Positions 57,492 through 64,000 of a stretch of DNA of 64,000 bases are shown one piece after another. Both the position numbers and the translations under genes were made by a program. The stretch's first letter is position 1. Every line of letters begins with the position of its first letter. The stretch is from a bacterium (lineage in GTDB: Bacteria; Patescibacteriota; Minisyncoccia; Phycocordibacterales; Phycocordibacteraceae). The notes under the pieces are model-generated. The model saw nothing but the letters and a program-made list of their open reading frames with translations. It searched no databases and was not told where the DNA came from. The DNA is taken from assembly GCA_021811365.1 (NCBI GenBank), contig JAJZPB010000001.1, forward strand, positions 32,312 through 96,311. Direction: 5' to 3'.

Positions 57492-58949
57492 CTAACTATT
57501 TTTGCTTAACTCCGTGCCGCCGGGGCGGTCTTCAACCGTAAAGCCCTCAGCAGCGATTTCGGCTCTGAGATTGTCCGCGCGGGCGTAGTCTTTCTCAGCT
57601 CGGGCTGCCTCGCGCTCGCGAAGGAGGGCGCGTACCCGTTCTGGTGCGTCTTCGAGCGCGACTACGCCGTACGCGTTCGGTATATCGAGCGCGAGCCCTA
57701 AGTGCGCCTCCGCATCCAGTATGAGCCCCCATTTTTCGCGCGGGTGATACTCTTCGCTTCTCAGTGACTCCCAGAGAATGCTCAATGCTTGCGGCGTGGC
57801 GAGGTCGTCGCGCATTGCGGCGAGAAATCGTTCGCGTGCTTCCGAATGCGTGCTCTTTCTGTTTGACTCCGCGCCAATGTCAGCGGTGATGCGCCGCAGG
57901 GTATCAAGTGCGCTCTGGGCTGCCTCGAGGGCGGCCCACGAGAAGGAGAGAGGTGTGCGGTAGTGCGCCTGCAAGTAGAAGTAGCGTAGCGCGAGAGGGT
58001 CGAAACCTTTCTCAGTAATATCGGAGAGGTACACCACGTTCCCAAGCGACTTCGAAGCTTTTTCACCGTTCATTGTGAGGAAGGCGTTATGCATCCAGTA
58101 CCGAACGAACCGGCGTCCGCTTGCCGCTTCAGACTGCGCGATCTCGTTGTTGTGGTGCACTTGGATGTGGTCTTCGCCGCCCGTGTGGATGTCTATTTCT
58201 GTGCCCAAAAGGGAACGGCTCATGGCTGAGCATTCGAGGTGCCAGCCAGGGTTTCCTTTTCCCCACGGGCTATCCCACTGTTGAAGATCGTGCAGTTTAG
58301 CAGCACGCCAGAGCGCAAAATCGGTCGGGTGACGTTTGCCATGTGCAACAGCAACACGCGCGCCCGCTTCGAGATCCGCGGAAGAGAAATTTCCGAGCTT
58401 GCCGTATCCGGGAAACTTTCCGGTATCAAAGTAGAGGCCATCTGCGATCCGGTACGCGAATCCCTTTTGTTCAAGCGTTTGGGCGAGCGCAATTTGTTCG
58501 CGAATATATTGGGTCGCGCGCGGGAAGCGGATTTCTTCGGTATCTATATTGAGCGCGTGCAAATCGTCGACAAAACGTTTCGTATAGCGGTCGGCTATGG
58601 CCGCAGGGCTTGTGTGCTCACGCGCGGCCCCTATGGCCATTTTGTCTTCGCCGTCGTCCTCGTCGCTTACAAGGTGGCCCACGTCGGTAATATTGATGAC
58701 GCGCTGCACGCGGTAGCCCGCCGCCTCAAGGACCCGGACGAGCGTGTCGGAAAAAACATAGGAGCGCAGGTTCCCGATGTGTGCCGGGCCGTACACGGTA
58801 GGGCCGCACGAGTATAACAGTGTTTTCCCGGGCTTCAGTGGAACAAAAAGTTCCTTTTTGCTGGTGAGCGTGTTCGTGAGAAAAATCTGCGGTGTGCCGC
58901 GGGCGTTTTTTGGTGAGGAACCTGAAAAGAGGCGGCGCAAGAGAGACAT
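57492..58949 (-). CDS. cysS: Cysteinyl-tRNA synthetase
   Basis: Class I HIGH (GPTVYGPAHIGNLRSYV), the Zn-binding Cys/His pattern, and a KMSKS-like loop (GEKASKSLGN). Confidence 0.9.
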   Translation of the reverse strand: MSLLRRLFSGSSPKNARGTPQIFLTNTLTSKKELFVPLKPGKTLLYSCGPTVYGPAHIGNLRSYVFSDTLVRVLEAAGYRVQRVINITDVGHLVSDEDDGEDKMAIGAAREHTSPAAIADRYTKRFVDDLHALNIDTEEIRFPRATQYIREQIALAQTLEQKGFAYRIADGLYFDTGKFPGYGKLGNFSSADLEAGARVAVAHGKRHPTDFALWRAAKLHDLQQWDSPWGKGNPGWHLECSAMSRSLLGTEIDIHTGGEDHIQVHHNNEIAQSEAASGRRFVRYWMHNAFLTMNGEKASKSLGNVVYLSDITEKGFDPLALRYFYLQAHYRTPLSFSWAALEAAQSALDTLRRITADIGAESNRKSTHSEARERFLAAMRDDLATPQALSILWESLRSEEYHPREKWGLILDAEAHLGLALDIPNAYGVVALEDAPERVRALLREREAARAEKDYARADNLRAEIAAEGFTVEDRPGGTELSKNS

Positions 58950-58958
58950 GCTGGTATT

Positions 58959-59960
58959 CTAGAAAATCCAGCGATTACGCGCAAAGTACAGCGCGAGGAA
59001 CCCAAGCATGATACCCATAATGCCAATCACTATCCAAAACGCATCCGGGTTCTGAGCCAGCGGCGTTCCGGGCAGATGCATGGAAAAGATAAAGGTAATG
59101 AGCTCAAGCGGAAGCACCAAGAACGTAATGACGGTCAGCGTTTTCATAATCGCATTCTGGCGCGCCTCAAGAAGGGATGTGTTGGTTTCTCGCAACTCCG
59201 TTGCAACGGCGCGATGGGTGCGGATGACATGTTCGACCTGTTGCCGCTCGGAAACGATACGCGTTCCGCGTTCCGTGAAGGAGCTCCCCAAGAAAGCCGG
59301 TTCTGCAAGCTGATGTAAAAAACGCGCTAGCGGGCCCTCTTGGTTTGCGAGCGCCGCTTCAAGGTGAAGAAACTCCCTGCTCACTACTGATATTGCGCGT
59401 ACCGTATAGCGCTCTTGGCCGCTAAACATCTGTTCTTCAACGCGAACGAGTCTTCCTGCGACATGGTTAGTGTGCTCGCGAATCGACGCATAGAGATGCG
59501 CGAAGAGAATTTCGATTAGCTCGTCGGTCGACAAGGCCATATCGGCGTTCAGAAGCTGCTGGGTTTCAAGTAGCTTCTGCAGATGGTAGAGCGGTGCGAC
59601 TACTTCGTAGCGTATTGTCGCGACAAAGTGCTTTCCCACGACGAAGTCAATTTCTTGGTCTTTAGCGGTGCCGTCCTCGTGGCCGTGCGACGGGAAGTGC
59701 ATGACCAAGAGAGCAGCTTCACCATCGCATGTAAAGAGCGGCGAAAGCGTGGGGGAGAGCAGTTCCGATTCAATGCGTTCACTTATTCCGAACTCGAGCG
59801 CAAACGCGCGTACCTCGTCCTGCGACGGTTGCTCAAGATCAATCCACACGCCGTCAGAGTACTTATGCCGGAATAGCATCGCTACAAAGCATAGCACGAG
59901 CACGTGGTTCGCCTTGAAGCGAGGTAGCGGCAGTTCGGCGTCTCGATACGCGGACAGCAC
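58959..59960 (-). CDS. corA: CorA-like divalent metal ion transporter
   Basis: A cytoplasmic helical domain followed by two C-terminal TM helices. The loop motif is degenerate (MHLPG rather than GMN). Confidence 0.6.
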   Translation of the reverse strand: MLSAYRDAELPLPRFKANHVLVLCFVAMLFRHKYSDGVWIDLEQPSQDEVRAFALEFGISERIESELLSPTLSPLFTCDGEAALLVMHFPSHGHEDGTAKDQEIDFVVGKHFVATIRYEVVAPLYHLQKLLETQQLLNADMALSTDELIEILFAHLYASIREHTNHVAGRLVRVEEQMFSGQERYTVRAISVVSREFLHLEAALANQEGPLARFLHQLAEPAFLGSSFTERGTRIVSERQQVEHVIRTHRAVATELRETNTSLLEARQNAIMKTLTVITFLVLPLELITFIFSMHLPGTPLAQNPDAFWIVIGIMGIMLGFLALYFARNRWIF

Positions 59961-60009
59961 AGGCGTCCTGCTAGTCGTCTCTAAATTCGCACAGTGAGCC
60001 TATCGCGCC

Positions 60010-61347
60010 TTGGTGGACAGCCGCTGTACACTTTCCGTGAGAAGTGTGCGTGGTATGCTAGGGCGCATAACACATATGGATGACGAAACGCAAACCACTC
60101 CCGACTCGAAACGGTTTCCAAGACGATCTCTTGTGCTTCATGCTGCCGCGTATGTGCTTGTCGCGGCGGCATTCTTCAGTTTGGGCGTTGGGCTTGCGGG
60201 TAACGGCTCGGTTGCGGCGGCAGTTGCGCAGGTGCCGATTATCGGCAGCGGGCTTAATCCAAATCCGGTCCAAAATGTTGACCTCACGGACTTTTGGGAA
60301 GCATGGCACGCCTTGCAGGACAATTACGTCATAACGCACGCTTCCACGACGATGCCGAGCGTGCAGGACCGCGTCTACGGAGCAATACAAGGTCTCGCTG
60401 CTTCCTACGGTGACCCGTATACGGTTTTCTTTCCTCCGACCCAGGCGAAAGCATTTTCCGACAACATCTCCGGAAGCTTTGCCGGCGTGGGTATGGAGAT
60501 AGACATGAAAGGCAACGTACTTACGGTCATTGCGCCGCTCAAAGGTACGCCCGCTGAAAAGGCAGGCGTTAAATCAGGCGACCAAATCATGGCAATCAAT
60601 GGCACGTCTACGCAGGGTATGTCGCTCGATGCGGCGGTAGCGGCAATTCGCGGACCCGCGGGATCAGTCGTTGACCTTTCGGTGGTGCGTAACGGTACTC
60701 CGCTAGACATCAAAGTCACGCGCGAAACGATTCAGGTTCCGGAAACCAATGACGGGTTGGATCAGAAAACCGGGGTCTACCACATCGCGCTCTACGAGTT
60801 CACGTCGAACTCCGCGCAGCTTTTCGACCAAGCCTTCAACCGTTTTAAGGCATCCGGCAGCAAGAAGCTTGTCATCGACCTGCGCGGTAACCCCGGCGGC
60901 TATCTCGACGCAGCCGTACACATTGCGAGCCACTTCCTGCCCAAGGGCGCGACCATCGTCACTGAGGACTATGGCGGCAAACAGCCGAAGCAGGTCTACA
61001 CAAGTCTCGGCTACGACGACGTGCCGGCGGGAACCAAAGTTGTAGTGCTTATCGACGGCGGATCCGCTTCGGCTTCTGAGATTCTCGCGGGGGCGCTTAA
61101 AGACAACCACGTTGCTACTCTGGTGGGCACTAAATCGTTTGGCAAAGGTTCGGTGCAGACGCTCATTCCGATTGGCGGCGGCTCGCTGAAAGTAACGGTG
61201 GCCCGATGGCTTACGCCGAGCGGCGCGTGGATTATGGGCAACGGTATTACGCCTGACATCGTCGTTCCGTACACCCAGAGCGATGCGAATGCGGGTATTG
61301 ATCCGCAGATGCAGCGCGCCGTGCAGTTCCTCACAACCGGTAAGTAA
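60010..61347 (+). CDS. ctpA: Carboxyl-terminal processing protease (S41 family, PDZ domain)
   Basis: An N-terminal anchor, a PDZ (GVKSGDQIMAING), and the S41 catalytic region DLRGNPGGYLDAAV...SASASEILAGALKDN (Ser/Lys dyad). Confidence 0.85.
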   Translation: MVDSRCTLSVRSVRGMLGRITHMDDETQTTPDSKRFPRRSLVLHAAAYVLVAAAFFSLGVGLAGNGSVAAAVAQVPIIGSGLNPNPVQNVDLTDFWEAWHALQDNYVITHASTTMPSVQDRVYGAIQGLAASYGDPYTVFFPPTQAKAFSDNISGSFAGVGMEIDMKGNVLTVIAPLKGTPAEKAGVKSGDQIMAINGTSTQGMSLDAAVAAIRGPAGSVVDLSVVRNGTPLDIKVTRETIQVPETNDGLDQKTGVYHIALYEFTSNSAQLFDQAFNRFKASGSKKLVIDLRGNPGGYLDAAVHIASHFLPKGATIVTEDYGGKQPKQVYTSLGYDDVPAGTKVVVLIDGGSASASEILAGALKDNHVATLVGTKSFGKGSVQTLIPIGGGSLKVTVARWLTPSGAWIMGNGITPDIVVPYTQSDANAGIDPQMQRAVQFLTTGK

Positions 61348-61355
61348 AAAATCCG

Positions 61356-61625
61356 ATGGGGCATGCGGCTACTGGCGAACTGGTGCGCAGGCTTGAAGAA
61401 GCGGCGCGGTACGTTGCAGTGGGCGCGCGGTATGTACACTACAAACATCCGGCCCGACAATATGAGGTGACAGCGCTTGCAATCGTCGAAGCGACGGAAG
61501 AAGTCGCCGTAGTATACCGAGCGCTTTACGGCGACGAGCTTACGTTCATCCGGCCGCTCCAAAACTGGCTTGCTGTGGTGGAGACAGGGGAGGGGAGACG
61601 CGTTCAGCGCTTCATGCGTGCCTAA
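61356..61625 (+). CDS. DUF1653 domain protein
   Basis: ARYVHYKHPARQYEVTALAIVEATEEVAVVYRALYGDELTFIRPLQNW matches the DUF1653 pattern. Confidence 0.6.
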   Translation: MGHAATGELVRRLEEAARYVAVGARYVHYKHPARQYEVTALAIVEATEEVAVVYRALYGDELTFIRPLQNWLAVVETGEGRRVQRFMRA

Positions 61626-61683
61626 CGCCCTTGTATGTAGGCGAAATATTGCGTAAAAGCAAATGCACTGGTAGTATCGACAC

Positions 61684-62127
61684 ATGAAGGTACTCATGCT
61701 TAAAGATGCAAAGGGCGTCGGCCGGGCCAACGAAGTTATTGAAATTGCCGATGGTTTTGCGCTCAATTATTTGATCCCAAAAAAAATCGCCGTTGTAGCC
61801 ACGGGCGGAGCCCTGGGTGTCGCTGCCGCACGCAAAGCGCGTGTCTCTGAGCGTCAGGCGCTTACTGCGCAACTGGTTGCGCAGAATCTTGCAACACTTG
61901 CTTCGTCGCGCATCGTGGTGAAGTCGAAAGTAAATGAAAAGGGACATCTCTATGATGCGGTGGGAGAAAAAGAGATTATGGCTGCCATTAAGGATCAAGC
62001 GCATGTTGAGTTGCCTGCAGACGCGCTCCGTATCGAGCGGCCCTTTAAAGAAGCGGGTGAATTCCGTGTGCCAGTGGCGGTAGGCGAGGCGTTCGGTGAG
62101 TTTACTCTTGCAGTGGAAGCGGAGTAA
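61684..62127 (+). CDS. rplI: 50S ribosomal protein L9
   Basis: MKVLMLKDAKGVGRANEVIEIADGFALNYLIPKKIA... Confidence 0.9.
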   Translation: MKVLMLKDAKGVGRANEVIEIADGFALNYLIPKKIAVVATGGALGVAAARKARVSERQALTAQLVAQNLATLASSRIVVKSKVNEKGHLYDAVGEKEIMAAIKDQAHVELPADALRIERPFKEAGEFRVPVAVGEAFGEFTLAVEAE

Positions 62128-62177
62128 TCACGGAGGTGGAAGCCGGATTTGAGTACGAAAAATAAAATTTAAGCACA

Positions 62178-62212
62178 AAAAAGGGCAGCATCAGCGGCCC
62201 TTTTTTGTGTAC
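62178..62212. terminator. Bidirectional rho-independent terminator between convergent rplI and rpmA
   Basis: aaaaaagggc-agcatcagc-ggccctttttt, with an A-tract and a T-tract on either side of a GC stem. Confidence 0.55.
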
Positions 62213-62235
62213 GCTACTGCGTACTACCACTGTCT

Positions 62236-62508
62236 TTAAGAGACGTTAGCAACGCGCTTGCGAACGATTGTTCCGTCGAAGTTGCGCTTACGGCGCGAGG
62301 TGAAGGAGACGCGGCCTTCGACCATTGAAAAAAGGGTGTGGTCACGACCAACACGAACGTTCGTTCCAGCCTCAATTTTTGTGCCGCGTTGGCGGACGAT
62401 GATCATACCTGGACGCGCCTGGGCGCCGTCCGCAAGCTTCACGCCGAGGTATTTCGGCTGAGAATCGCGTAGGTTTCTTGTTGATCCGGCTGCTTTTGTT
62501 GATGCCAT
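62236..62508 (-). CDS. rpmA: 50S ribosomal protein L27
   Basis: [44 protein letters not shown]... Confidence 0.9.
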   Translation of the reverse strand: MASTKAAGSTRNLRDSQPKYLGVKLADGAQARPGMIIVRQRGTKIEAGTNVRVGRDHTLFSMVEGRVSFTSRRKRNFDGTIVRKRVANVS

Positions 62509-62530
62509 GGTGGTATAGTTTTACCAGCCT

Positions 62531-62875
62531 ATGATAGCAGACCTGCGGGAGAAGTGCAAAGTCAAGCTCGGAAAGGTCCCCCGGGATGTGCTTGTGCTCG
62601 CGGTCCTTGTGCTCGTTGCGCTCGCGAGCTTTGGTCTCGGGTATGTGACGGGGGAGGGCGCTGCCGCACAGCGCGCCGTTCATATCGGGGTTGCGCCGGA
62701 TGTCGCGACGAGTTCTGACGGTTTGGTCGTCGCCTCGCGCAATGGGTCGAAGTACTACCTGCCGTGGTGTGGCGGCGCGGACCGTATATCCGAAGCAAAC
62801 AGAGTTTGGTTTACGAGCGAAACCCAAGCAAAGATGCAAGGATATTCACCGGCGAGTAACTGCGACGGTCTGTAA
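62531..62875 (+). CDS. Hypothetical N-anchored protein (114 aa)
   Basis: A TM helix VLVLAVLVLVALASFGLGYV, then a small domain with two Cys. Its 3' end overlaps the longer LOG-frame track ORF. Confidence 0.35.
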   Translation: MIADLREKCKVKLGKVPRDVLVLAVLVLVALASFGLGYVTGEGAAAQRAVHIGVAPDVATSSDGLVVASRNGSKYYLPWCGGADRISEANRVWFTSETQAKMQGYSPASNCDGL

Positions 62876-62915
62876 CCTCTTTGCATCTGGTACACTGAAA
62901 GGGAAGAAGATTCAC

Positions 62916-63695
62916 ATGGACGATGCTACTCCCCACCCTGTGCCGAACACCGCGTCGCCGAATGCTCAAAGCGAGCGGTTAGACGCGCATGCGCGGACGC
63001 TTATTGCGACGGTACACGAAGGACGCCGCACAATGCCCGAAGATCAGCCGCTGCTTGTCTGTAAGCCAAACAAGGTTGAGTCGTGGCGTGTGTTTAAGAT
63101 TATGTCCGAGTTTATCGAAGGGTTTGAGACTATTCGGCGGTATGGGCTTGCCGCAACGTTCTTCGGCAGCTCGCGGGCAAGCCTCGGAGACGCCGTCTAC
63201 GAGGAGGCTACACAGCTCGCTGCTAAGTTAGTCAAACGGGGCTTCACCATCATTACCGGTGGTGGCGGCGGGATAATGGAGGCGGCAAATAAAGGCGCTT
63301 TTGAGGCGGGCGGGTCGTCAGTCGGTCTCAATATCCGGCTCCCGCACGAGCAGCACTACAACCCCTACCTGACCGACAAACTCGAATTCAATCATTTTTT
63401 CGTACGGAAGGTTATGCTCACCTACGCGTCCGAAGTGTACATTTACTTTCCTGGCGGCTTCGGAACGCTCGACGAATTTTTTGAAATTATTACGCTAATC
63501 CAAACTGGGAAGATTCGCAAAGTGCCGGTGGTGTGTATCCGAAAGGCGTACTGGGAACAGATCTCGTCGATGATTAATCAGACGCTGTATCGCGAAAACC
63601 ATACGATAGACGAAAAAGACGAAGACTTGTACCACATCGTCGATACGGTTGATGAGGCGTACGAGTACATTCTTGAGAAAGTTAAGACGTCGTAG
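62916..63695 (+). CDS. LOG family protein (cytokinin riboside 5'-monophosphate phosphoribohydrolase-like, TIGR00730)
   Basis: Start at the ATG at 62916. The Rossmann-like GGG motif ITGGGGGIMEAANKGAFEAGGSSVGLNI and PGGFGTLDEFFEI are diagnostic. Confidence 0.85.
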   Translation: MDDATPHPVPNTASPNAQSERLDAHARTLIATVHEGRRTMPEDQPLLVCKPNKVESWRVFKIMSEFIEGFETIRRYGLAATFFGSSRASLGDAVYEEATQLAAKLVKRGFTIITGGGGGIMEAANKGAFEAGGSSVGLNIRLPHEQHYNPYLTDKLEFNHFFVRKVMLTYASEVYIYFPGGFGTLDEFFEIITLIQTGKIRKVPVVCIRKAYWEQISSMINQTLYRENHTIDEKDEDLYHIVDTVDEAYEYILEKVKTS

Positions 63696-64000
63696 TTACT
63701 TGAGAATTAACGCGCAGAAAACTAGCGAAATTGAACAGAGGGGGAAATAGAAGGGGACCGCTTGCGTACCGTCTTATTTTTTGCTGGTCGCTTGTCGACA
63801 TTATTATTTTGAGCTCAATGAAGGGCTAGGGAGTAGGTCGGTGTCTCTCTATAAAGTGCGCACAATATATCTTTTGCGCATTCCCCCTTACCGCTACATA
63901 CTAACCCACTGGGTCGCAAAACAATACTGGCCTCGTGTACCTATTGTCTACTCGGCGTGGTGCTGCGCGATAAGCCGAGCGGAAGCGGTCTGAATGCGCC

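Noticed and set aside
1-64000. CRISPR arrays, rRNA genes, tmRNA/RNase P RNA
   Set aside because: No periodic 25-40-bp direct repeats with unique spacers, no rRNA-like conserved stretches, and no obvious tmRNA tag-peptide/tRNA-like domain were seen on reading both strands.

Overview
This is a high-GC (~60%) bacterial chromosomal segment with compact, often overlapping genes and weak Shine-Dalgarno usage. By inference it is a streamlined genome, possibly CPR/Patescibacteria-like.

1-14.4 kb is a mosaic accessory region. It holds:
- an IS200/IS605 TnpA element abutting a truncated metallophosphoesterase-like ORF;
- a cassette-like run of small minus-strand genes, each followed by a conserved ~115-bp structured repeat (7-2-7 inverted repeat plus terminator-like hairpin);
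- several short repeat families;
- a ~2.4-kb AT-rich island flanked by ~60-bp imperfect direct repeats that carries an ATP-grasp ligase;
- a zeta-toxin-like kinase beside tRNA-Asn(GTT).

14.5-36.7 kb is core housekeeping: glutaredoxin, Prx5 peroxiredoxin, hpf, def-fmt, murA, two mreB paralogs, holB, frr, rseP, proS, mreB-mreC-mreD-PBP2, greA, lysS, a GATase1 protein, and the partial dcw cluster mraZ-rsmH-ftsL-ftsI-murF.

38.8-47.6 kb is the most interesting locus. A tightly packed minus-strand operon runs YcaO -> SagB-type dehydrogenase -> 2OG-Fe(II) oxygenase-like -> degenerate PaaK-like -> PaaK-like adenylating enzyme. It is divergently paired with a 96-aa ORF whose C-terminus is Cys/Ser/Thr/Gly-rich and precursor-like. 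I read this as a candidate azol(in)e-type RiPP (TOMM/LAP-like) biosynthetic cluster with unusual tailoring. A second PaaK-like ligase, a Stf0-like sulfotransferase, two N-anchored TPR-like proteins and a 686-aa Cys-rich surface protein lie nearby.

The right end is housekeeping again: tRNA-Glu(CTC), a GatB/YqeY-domain protein, rmuC, rplU, a DEAD-box helicase, recR, dnaB, cysS, a corA-like transporter, ctpA, a DUF1653 protein, rplI, rpmA and a LOG-family protein.

No rRNA or CRISPR array was seen.
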